A DNA stretch of 63,138 nucleotides, filler included, from Vannella sp. (taxonomy: Eukaryota), in NCBI GenBank assembly GCA_023345925.1. It is 6 parts of 6 records of this genome, joined end to end, with 100 filler letters (N's around TTAATTAATTAA, not from the genome) between each part and the next. Parts side by side here need not be neighbours in the genome. Positions count along the whole stretch, not along the records: positions 19,398 to 30,082 come from JAJQQN010000950.1; positions 30,183 to 39,522 come from JAJQQN010000195.1; 4 more parts are not named here. One strand, 5' to 3'. A program made the translations under genes and the position numbers. Positions 23,582 to 36,900 of the stretch are shown here, in pieces. Below the pieces are notes generated by a model, which saw nothing but the letters and a program-made list of their open reading frames with translations, made no database searches and was not told where the DNA came from. Each line of letters begins with the position of its first letter. Position 1 is the first letter of the stretch.

Positions 23582-26500
23582 GATGAACTCGCTCTTCAAT
23601 ACGGTCCGCCACAAAGTGTCTGCGGACAAGAACCGTTACCAGAATGGTACCTTTGACCTGGACTTGACATATATCACAGACCGGATCGTGGGTAAGTGGA
23701 GGCACTCGCAGGAAAAGGCTCTTTAGCTCACGGGAGGGCAAAGCTATGGCGTTCCCGGCTGATGGGATGGAGTCCACGTATCGAAATGACATTGACCATG
23801 TGGCGGAGCTACTAGAGAAGCAACATCCCAATCATTTCCTCCTCTACAACCTGAGCAATCGCTCGTACGATACCTCCAAGTTTGGCGGGCAGGTGCGGGA
23901 GTGGTGCGGGTTCCCTGACCACCATCCTCCACCACTTTCACTTCTATTTAAGACTATACACTCCATTCAGGAGTGGCTAGAGGCAGATCCTGACAACATC
24001 GCCGTTATCCACTGTTTGGTAAGTTCTTCGCTTGCTTGAGGCAGGCAGGGACACTCTAACAGTCCCGAAGGCAGGGAAGGGACGTACAGGCACTGTGATA
24101 GCAAGCTACTTCCTCTACTGTGGCTTGATGCCGACGATCGAAGACGCGCTGAACTTCTTCTCCTATCGCCGCTCTGTGAACGCGTGGGGGGTGACTGGAC
24201 CCTCTCAACTTCGTTATCTTGACTACTTTGAAAGCATCATTAATAAGGAGGTTGTCCCCCACACGCAGACGATGAAGATTATCCAAGTCTCCTTCGAACC
24301 CATTCCCCGCTTCAACATTGGCGGGGGAGAGAAAGGATGCACTCCTTTCTTTGAGATCTTTCAGTTAGGGCGTGAGAAGACCCTCCTGTTCTCTAGCGAG
24401 ACTCTCTCTGAGGAGTTTCACACATTCGATTCACGGAGAGATGAAGAATGCACGTTTTATACGGACTCCATTGTTCATGGTGATGTTCTCTTTCACTTTA
24501 AGCATCACTCGCCGATACACGGGGCTGAGCCGATGTTCCACTTTGGCTTTAACGTGGGAATGGTCCAGGGAAACACGGTGATTACCATGAGGCATGAAAT
24601 GGAGAAAGCGGAGAAGGATCCTCGCTTCCCATTCAACTTTCGCGCCATTGTTGTAATGGAACCTTATACGGAGAGCACAAGATATGATATCAGTCGGGTC
24701 GAGAAGGCAAGCCAGACAGAGTTATTTGCTCGAACTATTCCTTCAACAGAGATGGATGGTTCTATATGCTTTCGTGGAACTCCAGAACGTAAGAAGGATC
24801 TTGTTGAGATAGCCAGGGACATAGGTTGTGCTACAAAAGGCTCTTATACTGTCAAAGGCGGCTGGTTAGAATTTATTGAGCACAAGAGTGCGCAACCAAA
24901 GTCTGTTCGCCGTTGGGTTCTGCTTAAGGGTGCAATGCTCTCCTTCCACAAGTCACCTCGAGAGCTAAAAGCCCAAGGAAGCATCAACATAGGATCAATT
25001 CAAATCATCCGAATGGATCAATTGGAGGAATTCCCATTCACCTTCAAATTAGAGACTCGAGGACCCAACGGAAAGACCAAAATATTCCTCTCCGCTCCAT
25101 CCAAGAGTATCCTCGAGTCGTGGGTAAAGGCGATTGTCTACGCTCGTGATCTATCTCATGTTAAAAGAGAACCTTCAACAGAAGAGCAAGCGCAAGGAAC
25201 ACTGAAGATTCGCATTGGAGAATGCACTTCCGTTCAACTCAGTGACGAATTGTGTTGTACGTTGCAGCTAGGAGATCAAACATTCACTTCCATCATCACA
25301 AAAGACCAAACAACTTCTTCTTTTGATGGCTTCCCTTCGCCAAACTTTTCCTCGCTGGACTTTGATGATCAAATCATCTTCAACCTCGAAAATTTTGATT
25401 CTTTGTTAACTTTTACGTTATCTGAAGCAGTAGATGAGCATGGCCCAGTCAAAGTCTTAGGGCAGAAGTCTATCCTTCTGCAAGAACTCAAGGAAAAGCA
25501 GGTTTCTGACAAATGGATTGTTCTAGAACCTCTCACAAAGCCAAGTCAGCAAAGAACTGTCTCTGCAAATAGCGAGACCTTTGAAGATAAGACTGCGGAG
25601 GCTTCAGAGAGACAACTTTCGGAAGGTGATGCCACATCCACCACTCCACAAAGCAACCAGCCTGAGGATATTCCTGAGATTGCAGAGAGTATCCAACTTC
25701 ATGTCGAAGTGCATTACCATTCCTCGCGATCACAAGATTTGCAAGGGGCAGAGGGTGAACTTGTGTTCTCATCATCGCTCACTCCATCTTCCCCTATGCC
25801 TTCTGAAGAGCAGTCAATGGTAACTCGCCTTCGTACATATGACCAGGATATGCAATTTAATAGCAGCAGTACCTGCCCTAACTTTGCAGGCTTGCCATCA
25901 GAGTACAAATGGATAAGCGGGCCTCCAACACCCAAGAGAGGCTCTTTGATGAAATCTTATTCTCAATTGCGTTCGATATCAGTGCCATCTCGCCCTCCAG
26001 ATCTGGCAGCGACAGAGCGCTTCGAATTGGCTGTTTCCCGCCGATATGATTGCAAAGCCTATCAAATCAATTGCGTAACTACGACAAGTGACGAACTATG
26101 GTTAGGTAGCGAAAGCGGCGCCATCCACATTTGGGAGAAAGAAGGTGACGAATTCTACTGCATTCGAGCGCACAATGCTGGCGTAGAATCGCTCATCACA
26201 GCTTCTGGTAGAATTTGGAGTTCATCCAAGGATGAAGTCTGCGTATGGTCGTCATCTGTAAGTATAGCAGGCAATGTTGCCCTTACTAACTATTGTATCG
26301 TAGTATCAATGCGTTCATCGATTCCATCTTGAAGCTGAGACACGTTGGCATTTAGTTCGAGTTCACAACCGAGATGTCAACCAGATGTGGGCCTTCTCAC
26401 AGGATCCAACAGGCGCCAACGGTAAGATTGTAGTCTGGTGTGCCAAGGTGAGAGGGAGAGACTCTCTAGTAGCATGTCACTCAACGCAGACGGCAGACAA

Positions 26501-27075
26501 TGGAGCTGAAAAAGAAGTTTATGCTGCGGGGTACTGCAATTGGATGTATTGTACAGCATCAAGGATCTGTGTGGATTGGAGTGTTGAACTTTGTGATTCA
26601 ATTTAATCCAGAAACCTTCCAACGGCAGGCTCTGATGAAAGTTGGCTTAGGAATGGTGAATTGTTTGGTCGGCTACCGGAAGTACTTGTGGATCAGTTCA
26701 AGGTGCTCCTCGAGAGTGTGTGTCTGGAATTTTATGGTGCGTATTGCCTGTTACTGTTTAATTCTCTTCTGATGTGAGCTATAGGAAGAAGAACAACTTG
26801 AAACTCACTGTGAACACGAAGACAAAGTATTGACGATGATACGGGTGGACCATTTCATACTAAGTAGTGGAGCCGATCGGACTATCAACATTTGGGATCT
26901 GAGGACCGGCAAATTCGTTAGATCTATCGCAAGTACCCACCAAGAGCCTGTCCAGCATTTACTATTTCCTTCAAATTCCACCTCCCTGTTTAGTCTCTCA
27001 GAACGTTTGGTTGTGGGCTGGAACTTCTTTCCTGAGGCAAAAGTTGACTTACTGAACGCCAATATATTCCTTTAA
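23582..27075 (+). CDS. PTEN-family phosphatase fused to PH, C2 and WD40-like domains
   Basis: Spliced N-terminus 'VRHKVSADKNRYQNGTFDLDLTYITDRIVAMAFPA', 'FPDHHPP', P-loop 'HCLAGKGRTG', 'PSQLRYLDYF', PTEN-C2, PH ('KGGWL...RRWVLL...ESWVKAI'), second C2, then 'LWLGSESGAIHIW' and 'SSGADRTINIWD' repeats. Confidence 0.85.
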
Positions 27076-27207
27076 ATTGAAGCACCTTGCATATCGTGGG
27101 TTGTAGTTGAACGAAGCTGTCCAAGATAAATGAGATTTTTATAATAGGGGGACAGCTATCAGGAAGGAACAAACAGGTTGTCTTACTTCATAAGGCGGTA
27201 CTGAAAG

Positions 27208-29639
27208 TTATGAGGAAGAAGAGCGTTCTGCTTCTTCATCGTTCGCAAACTCTTCCATTTGTTCTCCTTCTCCGAAATCGTCATCATTTTGGGCAGTTTC
27301 CATGTACTCCTTGTCAGCAACGTCGACTGGATTGAAAATCAAGTCGCCCAGGCCACCACCTTGTCCACTTACAAATGTGTCCAAACGAGTAGAAAGGTCG
27401 CCCTCTTCCTCCACCATCCCAGGATGGATGTAAGCGTTTTCCAAGAGATCTTGAGGGAGATTCCATTCAATGAGAAGTGGCTTTCCGTATTTGATGTATC
27501 TGTACTTGTTGTACCAGTTTAAGAAGTTGAGGAGGGCCATCACGAGTAGAGTGAGTCCCATCAGTCCAACGACAACACCAAAAGACCAGTAGGACTTCTT
27601 GAAATAGAAGAAAATCGCTGTGAGAACTTCATAGAGAATCTGCGCGATCATAAACATGTTAATCACACTGATAGTCATCGATGTATCACCCGCAAGTTCT
27701 TTTGGGAAGACATGAAGCAAGTTGTTCTTGTCAATCATGTAAATGACGATGATATAGACAATTCCTGTTACCAAAACTAACGGTACGATCACAGCGAAAG
27801 AGAGTAAACAGGCCATGACAACCAAGAGCTGGGCAAAACGGATACGATATAACATTGTACAAGCAGCTCGCACCTTCACCTCTTCTCTCTCTTCGTCAGT
27901 CACTGCCATGTGGCGGAATAAAAAGTACATGAAAATGTCGTCAGGACGCAGAAGTCGGGAAATCCCACTGAAGAAGGTCTGCTGCACCACGTAGTTAATG
28001 TAAAAGGCACCTTGTAGCGAGAAATTGATGTTCTTGATCACATCGCTACTCCGGAAACCGTTAGCCACTCCGTTTAGAGTACCAATCAAGAAGGTGGGGA
28101 AGATCAGCACATTCAGAATAATGAATGTGTAATACAAGCGCAGGATAGAAGCATTCATCTCTCCTTGGGAGCTGGGCTTCTCAAAGGGTACGATGGCTAA
28201 TCCCAATGTGAGTCAATCTCCAAGTGACTTCCAATCACTTACCAATGAGGATGAAAGGAAGAATCAACACGAACAGAGTAGTCATCAAAGAAGGAAGATA
28301 ACCCTCAATAATGTCCCTGAAGAACGGATTCGAGTTCACAATAGCCTTGACAACGAGCCCAACCCCAGGAATACTTTCCAGCGTGTTGACAGAAGCAAAG
28401 AAAGCAATGGGAATCGACCAAAGCAAGGAGATAATGAACACCACAAAGAAGACAATAATCCGGCGGATGACCTTGTTAAGCGTACTGTACGCCAAATGGT
28501 TCCAAAAGATGTGCTGAGGTCTCTCTGCTGTGTCCATGTGCCACCTCTCTGGCTTCAGTCGACGGCGGAGATCTTGGTCCTCAACAGAGTTGAGCAGCTC
28601 TTTGCGTTCCTTCTTCAAGTAGAAGTCACGTGTGGCCTGGTGAGTGCGAAGGGACGTTTGGAAGGTGACAAAAGCCACTCCTGTTGACTTGTGCTCGAAC
28701 TTCTGGCGCCGTTGAATCTGTGCAGAGACGTCCACAATGGCTGCTTTGTGATAGGACATGGCATCTTCAGGAGCACGAAGGCCCAGGCGAGTGGCTAACC
28801 AGCCCAAGCGCCCTGGACGTACCAGAGGTCGATCTCCAGTCTTCCCAAAGCGGTACTCTGCATGCGAGAGCTCACGTAGGTGGTTGTGCTTCTTCTGCTT
28901 GAGAGAGACGAGCTTCTGTCCATCAATGGGAATGTGGACTGAAGAAACCTCTCCAGGGTAAAGCATGTCCATGAAGGCCATCAGCTCCGCTTGTTGGACG
29001 TCGCTGGGTACACGGCTGATCTTCAACGTGTGAGAGTTGACGAAATCACGGCAACGGGAGATCTTTCGAGTGTGGAAGTACATCCTTTGATACCAGAGGA
29101 TGATCAGGAGCCCTAGAAGCACGAAGATAATAGTGAGTATCGTATGTGCAATGAGGTACGTCGACCCGTCAGGGATGTTAGTGGCTGTGGTCTGCGCAAA
29201 GCCAACGGACCCGTCACCTCCAAGAATATTCAAAGGCAGGAGGATGGGGACGGCCAGACACGTCATGATAAGGATATACAGGAACATAAACAGTTCAAAT
29301 CGAATGTACAGGAGCCCTTGCATGCCCGTACGGAGAGCAACCTCGTCCTTCCCCGAGCGAATGGCGCGAATAATCCACACGCAGTTCTCAAAGGAGAGCC
29401 AGAAGGGGGCTACGTCACTGAATGAGAGTAAGAAGAAGACACAGAGACAACAGTAGAACCAACCCTTTGGACCAGATGCGAGGACAGTACATGTAATACA
29501 TGTCGTTCCGAATGAACAGGAGAATGAGGAATCCCACAAAGAAGATGAGGCAGCTAATCCCTAGCGTAAGAGGAATACCTCCATCCACACTCTGCTCTCC
29601 TTTGCTACCCAGTCCTTCCGCCAGCAACAGAACAAACAT
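27208..29639 (-). CDS. CSC1/OSCA/TMEM63 mechanosensitive cation channel
   Basis: 'PILLPLN', 'TLKISRVP', 'GVAFVTF', 'AERPQHIFWNHL', 'FYINYV', 'YMIDKNNLLHVF'; two introns. Confidence 0.92.
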
Positions 29640-29782
29640 CCGCCAGCGCGCTCCAATAAACTGTTGTCATAACCGTCTCGTTCCCAGGAGGACGCCAAAC
29701 CTCAATATCTTTGGATGAGCATTCAATTGTGAGAAAAGAGCGGGTCATCAACAAGGAGAGAATTCACCGGCCGACCTTTGCT

Positions 29783-29961
29783 GAAAAGTGCTTCTAAAAT
29801 CGACTGGCATCAATACCAATGACGTTTTTATTTGTTTTTAGGAGGGCCACATTTTCCATCATTTGAGGGGATGGCCCCAAACGAGTCCAAAAAAATGCCT
29901 CGACCAAAACACATAAAAACTTCATTGGTAAAGGTCCCGATCGAACTTAGAGGTTCTTTTC
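29783..29961. mobile_element. Palindromic MITE-like element, copy A
   Basis: Left arm gaaaagtgcttctaaaatcgactggcatcaataccaatgacgtttttatttgtttt is an imperfect inverted repeat (~56 bp) of right arm aaaacacataaaaacttcattggtaaaggtcccgatcgaacttagaggttcttttc; homologous to 62706-62872 and 48398-48560. Confidence 0.7.
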
Positions 29962-30082
29962 TACCGTGTGATGACTTCCCTTCTTGACTTCCCTGTCCAT
30001 GCTGATGCGGCACTTGAGTAGAAGCTGATGTTATCTTCCGTCTTCAGTTTTGAGTCTGCTGGACAGTGGATGCCACGAGGGC

Positions 30083-30182
30083 NNNNNNNNNNNNNNNNNN
30101 NNNNNNNNNNNNNNNNNNNNNNNNNNTTAATTAATTAANNNNNNNNNNNNNNNNNNNNNNNNNNNNNNNNNNNNNNNNNNNN
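30083..30182. other. Artificial contig linker
   Basis: N44-TTAATTAATTAA-N44. Confidence 0.98.
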
Positions 30183-30561
30183 AAAAAATGATTTTTTGTT
30201 CGATGCTGAAAATGTGGCTGGACGGGGAAATGCGAAATGATGCATTTCCCCGTCCCTCTATCCCAATCATTGGAGGATCTTACGTCATGAGAAGGTGCTG
30301 GATTGGATGTTATGTGGGGCAGACTCTTCAGTGTGTGGTCCCTCCGTTCTTCTTCAGAATCAAGCGAAAATCGACCGCCAAGACGAGACTCGCGAGTTCT
30401 TGTTGCACTGATGTGAATCAATTCGCCCCTTATCCTCCATAAATCAGACTGGCCAAGGGAATCGGAACTTGAAAAGAGAATTTTCTCCACTTTTTCCTCT
30501 CCTTGGGTTTGGTGCGTTGTTGGCTGGTGTTGCGTTTCTCATTCTTTCCTTAGGAGGGACA

Positions 30562-31697
30562 TGATGAGGATGGCTGTGGGACTGGCGTTCTTCATGGTAT
30601 TGCTTCAAGTGAATGGACAAAGCTTGCCAGATTACCAAACGAGAGCACTTTTCTTCATCTCTCAAGTGGGGAATGGAAGACTCTGTTTGAATCAACTAGA
30701 AGAGAACTCGAAACCCCCCTTCCGCACCATTCACTGTTTGGACCCGCTTTGGGGATTTGCGTTAACTTCTACAGCCACTTTCGTTGAGGGCCAACCAATT
30801 ATGATCTTCCCGGCCAGTTACAATCACACCAAGTTCCTGGTTGGTGTCAACGTCACCAATGGCGACATTGCCTTTCAAATCCCGGCGAGCACCGTGCTCA
30901 CGAACCTGGCCTTCAACCCTTCCACGTGAGCTTTCTCTCCTATTCTCCTGTTTCTGACAAAGTGGTGGATAGAAACGAAGTTATGGCGTATGCAAAAGGG
31001 CAAGGGCTCTTGGGATTCAACATTCACACCTTCAAGAGCCGGGTCATTGCAGTCCTTCCTCCCAAACTTGGAGTTTTCGAAGGAGTAGCGTTTGATCCAT
31101 GTAACAACATCTACACTAGCCCAGGCTTTAACTCACCCACCCAAAACAAGTGAGTGTGCTTCCACAACTGTATTCAGTGACTGACTTGAAGACAGAAACT
31201 TGTTCGTCAACATTGATGTCTTGACCGGAGTTGTTTCAACGGGAATAGGTCCAAAGATCACTTCAAACTTTACGAACGGCATTGCCTATGCATTTGCAAC
31301 GTCTGGAGCTCAATCTGCATGTTCATCTGGAAAGAATATTCTTATTGGCACTGTTGTGGATGACCCTTTCGACCCGTCCCAGCAGACTTACTTCTTTTCC
31401 ACCTTTGATGCGAACACTGGAGGTACCACTGTCTATCCCCCACCTCCGAATACCCCTCTGTTGCCTATTGGGGAGTACTACGGTAGCTTAATTAATGCCT
31501 ACGCCCCTCCTTTCCAGACCTATTCCCAAGCTTCCTCAGCGACGGGGGCTTACGGTACCTTCATAGAGTATCTGGTCCATCAAAGTGGAAAGGAGGCCGG
31601 TAGCTTTGCCTTTTACGATGCGAGCACTGCAGCACTGGAGAAGATTATCCAAATGCCTCCTTTTGAGATTTGGTGCGCTGCTTTCATCTTCTATTGA
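30562..31697 (+). CDS. Secreted beta-rich protein of unknown function
   Basis: Signal peptide 'MMRMAVGLAFFMVLLQVNG'; consecutive ORFs linked by GT..AG introns; N-glycosylation sequons. Confidence 0.65.
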
Positions 31698-31947
31698 GAA
31701 GTAAACCTACTCTAACGCATTTTCGCTCTCTCTTTGTTTGGCTGGTCCTCTGAATGCGTTAACGTGGGCTAACTAAGAGTCTACCGTGACTTGTGAGTTG
31801 GCTGTTGGTAATTAGACCAAGTCAGAGCCTTAACAGTCTCTGACGTGTCCAAAGATACTCACGGGCCGAGAGATGGCCTGTTTTAGAGAAATGCACAACA
31901 TCCAGCTCCAAAGTGAGGTTGGCAGCTTTATCAAGAGACAAAGGGAC

Positions 31948-34900
31948 TCAAAGAGGATCTGCTGCCTTAAGTTCCGCGTATTTGTAATCAATTATCAGAG
32001 AAATGATTTCATCGCCAGCGTTGGTGCGCATCTCGAGCTGCTGATTGTTATCAAAGCCAATTTGGAGTGAAAAAGGAGTAGAAAGATGCGTGATTACATC
32101 CATAAAGGGGAAGCTGAAGTAGACTTCCTTATCAGCTGAACAGAAGAACAATCCGGACACATTAATCGCCACGTAAAAGTCGCTTGGAAGATCCCAATCG
32201 GAAGCGTGTCGGACGGAAAACAAGTGGAACCCGAAGAAGGGAAGTTGAATGCAATATAACATGTACATCCGCCGTGCCTCTTCCTGTGAGACTCCAACTA
32301 ACCCCTCATGGTGCTCCTGGAGAGCGATACGCCAATTTTGCTCGGTTTTCTGATGCCGAATGTTGGAAGGCAAGAGCTCTTTTCTACTGAAGAGGTTAGT
32401 TCTATACATCATGCTGGATTGTAAGTGTTAGTACGTACACCACTGGTTTCCGTTCTGGGTTGAAATCTCCGAAAAGAATTTGTTGCTCCAAGGCACAAAG
32501 GACCAAAGCATCGCGCTCCTTTACTAATAAGGAGCCGTTGCGAATGTTTTCAGCAGTTTGGTGGAATTGAAGACGCACTTCAACTGGATCAGCCGGTGGT
32601 AGTCTAGGAGAGAGGAATAACTTCCGCTTGATTACAAAGGAAGTCGTCAAAGTCACGTTTTTGTCCCTGTAGGAAGTTTCAAGCTCACGGAACTTACTTA
32701 GTGAGTTACATAACAGCTCAGAGTACAATAAGCTTCGGAGTGTTGTTTCTACTCGAGCCGTTGAGGTCAATTGGTAGCTCTCATACACCATGTATCCTTC
32801 TGCATCCTTGAGACCGACCATCTGAAGGAGAAACTCAAGCGACTCCATCGCTGTGGTTGAGGAATAGATAGGAACTTGCTTTTGCTTCCCATCAAGAAAG
32901 TGAAAGACCTGCATCATCGGTTTCCTCTTCTGAACAGCCAATAACTCGGCATCAGTTGGGACAAAAAAGCGCTTCCCCATTTCAGACACCTTCACAATCC
33001 GGTCCTTGCAATAAGAGGCCCACGCGCCGATCTCTCCACTCTGTTCTTCAGCAACTGCATCAAAGTGTTTTGTCAAGTACTTGTAGAAGTTAGGCGAAGG
33101 AGCGAAACAGCCCGAACAGAAAGCTAACAACTCCCAGATTCGGATAACATGTTGCTCTTTGGGATTGGCTGTTGACTGCTTGATAAGCTGGCAATAAATC
33201 TCATCTCTGAGAGAGCTGTACTGAAGTCCATTTCGGATTATTGTCGCAGCATGCAGCAGGGATTTAAAGGCCCCGTCCTCACCAACTGGCTCCGCTTGTG
33301 TATCACTCATCAGCTTATTTGTAGCAAACATAAAGCAAAGAATGTGTTTGAAGTTATCTACAGCACAGTCTTGAAGCGTTCGCGATCGTAACGGCAAGAG
33401 AGGCTCAGGCAAAGGAATCTTCACGTAAGAAGTCATCTTCTTGATCTTTGATTTGTACTTGGAAGAGCCGGGCTTGTACTTTTCCATCTTTTTAGGCATT
33501 TTGAAGTGGGACATTGCGTAAGTTACAAATGTGAGCGTCTGTCCTGAGAGGCTATTAAAGTCAATCATGTTCTTTTGGCGTCTCGGGGAAGGCTGAATGG
33601 GGTTCGAAAAAGTTATTTGGTTGACAGTGTCATCAATCGAGTCTGCGGCTAGATGTACTGAGAGTCTTTGAATGCGGGTGGACTTGCGACTCCACTGAAC
33701 CAACTCAGGAAGCCAAGACTTATCCACATCGTCATCACAGTTATCGCTACCTGCCAGCTCATCATCCTGGCTATCAGCTTTATCTGTGTTCCTCTTCACA
33801 GAAGCGTCAATTTTGACTTTGCTGTTCCCTTTCAAGCTGTTGGATCGTGGAGATGAACTGTGCGGGACAACTCCACTCCCAAGACCAGCACTAGCACTGT
33901 TTGCTCGTTTGAGTGGAGAGTCGTAGTCCATGAGACCGAACCGGTATTCTACTGCTGAGTCTGGTGATGCGTCACGTTGGTGGAGTGTACGAAGGAGTGA
34001 GCCGCATTTGTAGGTAGACTCAAACTTTTCTCGGCGAGCAGCTTGCTCTTGGGGTGTGGGAGGCTGCTGCAGATTCCCGTGAAGCTTGATTTGCGAGAGA
34101 GCATGAAGTTGCTTAGCAGAGTCTACCCGCAAAAGTTGCTGTTGGTCATCCTTCCAGCAGAATGCTTCCATCTGATTTGCCAACTCCTGAGAAGTTTGGA
34201 ATTTCGAGACTCTCTCCCGCTGCCTATCAAAAAGCTGACGATTAGAGAGAGTCTGCTTCTCTGGTAACAACCGCAGATTATCTGAAGCCTCCTCATCATC
34301 TGCTGATACCTCTGAAAGCTCATCGTCACTCAGCACCAGACTTTCATCATCGCTTGAATCAGATTCAATCTCTCCTTCCTCTGGAAATGAAACGCTATCT
34401 CCTGTTGAGTTGCCTCGCCTGTGTCCTGGTGAGATTTGGCCAGAGAGAGTCTGTGTGACTGATTGCGAAGACAGGGAAGTGCTTGATTTGAGCTTTGAAG
34501 CAGATGAAGTCTCAGAATCCATAAATCGTGAGACGCTGGACCGCAAAACAGCCTTCTCCTCTCCCTTAATCGCCCTTGACTTCGTTCGGATGATGTTTTT
34601 GATCGATTTGGAGCGCTTACGAGGGCTTGTGGGACAGTTGGCCATATTATCTCTGCTCTCTGCTCGTGGGATGGCAGTGCTAGTGTTGGGTGAGGACTTA
34701 TTTCTGGGTTTGTCAAAGAGCCGCTTCTTCGATTGCTTGCTCTTTTTGCCTCCTGGGAAGGTGTTGCAAAAGTCCAAAGCCTCTTCAGCTCCCCGCTGTG
34801 TGTACTGCGCGATCTCTGCAAGCTCTACTATGCCATGGGACTTGAGCTGAGGTAATATTACAGCAGACTCAAGACCTTCGGCAGGAAGCGGGTGGCGCAG

Positions 34901-36744
34901 ACAATAAACGAACGCATTTGGAGTTGCCTGAAGTGACTGAACCAAGGTTTGGAGTTGATTCATGTAAAAAGTACCAGTCACCTGCTGATGAAGCCGACCA
35001 GTGTCAACAGACTTCAAAAATGTGGTTGCCGCTACTGAATTGCCAAGAAGCTTGAGCAACTCATTCGACGCCTCTTCTGATGAACGATGGATTGTTTCAT
35101 ACCATCCTGCTAATCGATAGGTGACAGACCCCGAATAGTGGTCGACACGAAGGTCCCCATGAGCTGCCATTGTTCCAGCAGGGTTGGCCTCGACAATGTG
35201 TTCTACTTTGTTGATAAAGTCGCGAGAGGATCCACTAGATTTGAGACTCTCGTCTCGTAGTAGATGGCACAGATCTTCACTTAACTGGACACACCCCTCA
35301 TTGTCCTGAAATTCCACAGGAGAGGATTCAAGATAGTTCTGATAGAACACTTTTCGCATCTTTTCGTTTGTGTAGTTTGTAAGAAACTCAGCGAGCCCCA
35401 AACCAGCTGTTTCCTCTTCTCGATTGATCCCACAAATGTCGAACAAACCAATGTGAGTGAGATTGCCAAGACCCCGATCAGTTTTGGAATGCTGGTTAGC
35501 TATCTCCTGTAAGAACGAGGCTATCATAGCAAAGCAGATCATCGCTAGTTCGTCCCGATTGTTATCTGCAGCACGTGACGTCGCAGGGGCGGTGTCAGAG
35601 AAGGTCAGGGAGTCTTCCAGGTCAGTTGGATGCACAGCGAGAAGGCGAGCGATTATATCGAGCTCCTCGCGATTAGTGATGACAACTGACTTCTCTCTGG
35701 TGCTTTTGGGGCCTTTGCGCTCCGTAAAATCGAGATTCCCCAAGTGCAGGATCACTGCAATCACTTGAAACAGCCAAAGCATCTCCTCTTCGCTTCCTCC
35801 AAGCGCCAGAAAAGCTTCTTTGAAGTCTCGCAGTCCTTCCTTACAGTTGAGCTCTGCATTGGCGGGCAGAGGGCGAAGATATTCATACTTCTCTACGGGT
35901 GCCAGCTCCAGTCTCCATTGATCAAGCTGCTTCTGGCTCTCTCCATAGAGAAGGTAGTAGAAGATGTGAAAATTGAACGATGAATCGCCTGTCTGCACCA
36001 CACGCGAGTACTCCAAACCATCTATTCCCCCTCACATGAGTTTCGATCGCCACGCCAAGGAGAGACACCAACATTGCTTGAACTCAGTCGCACGAAGCTT
36101 CCCCTTCTCGTCAAATAGAACCCGAACGAAGAGGGACTGAACGAGGCGTCGTGAGCAAAGTGGTCGTAAATACGGAACTTTGAACTCACCGAACAGGAAG
36201 CATGAATGTGCGCTGGGCTTTGTGCGTTACGTACTGACGAAAGAAGAGTCCAGCTGTGCTTGATATGCACCGTACGAGCCTCGTCGCCAGAGACAAGAAA
36301 GTGAAGGGCGTTCTTCATCAAGGCGGACTTGCCTGACCCACTCAGACCACTGCCACCCATTCTAGTAAGTCTATGTCACTGGTACTTCAGGTCAGGGTTA
36401 TCTCAACGCACCAGAACAGCAGAGAATGCGACTTGTGCTGTAAACAGAGTTGGTGATACACCCGCATCAAGTACAGGAAGAAGTGGGCGCCATCCACCAT
36501 AGTAGCCTCATCGCCAAAGCTCTGTGAAACGTACTGTGACAGCTCCTCCTCCACATCCTGCCGGTGGTTGACAGCCAAAAGGACTGGACCAACCAAAGTC
36601 TGCCATTCCCGTCAACACCAGCCACCGCAACGCCCTAACACTACTCACATAGAAAGCGCCCTTCACGTATCTCTGTGACAAGGCCTTCAGCACGCTCTCC
36701 TCCGTGGGAACCGGAAGCGTCGCCAAGTTGGCCGGCTCCGCCAT
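31948..36744 (-). CDS. Divergent myosin-like protein with MyTH4-FERM tail
   Basis: Spliced head 'NLATL...EESVLKALSQRY...YTLVGPVLLAVN', P-loop 'GLSGSGKS', 'LEYSRVV...NFHIFYYL', 'NYTNEK', 'VDHYSGSVTY'; MyTH4 'LRDEIYCQLIKQSTANP...RIWELLAFC'; FERM 'LPFFGFHLFSV...VAINVSGL'. Confidence 0.88.
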
Positions 36745-36900
36745 CGCGAGGATGACCTTTAATAATGGTCTGGCGTTGTCCCTTTTCATTGCTTTGTGCT
36801 TCTTCTGTATGGAGAAGTCCCTATTGTCAAGGAGAGGGTCGGAAAGTCAGTTTTAATGTTGGAAGGAGAAGGGAGCCATTTGTGGTTGGCTTGTGGGTTG

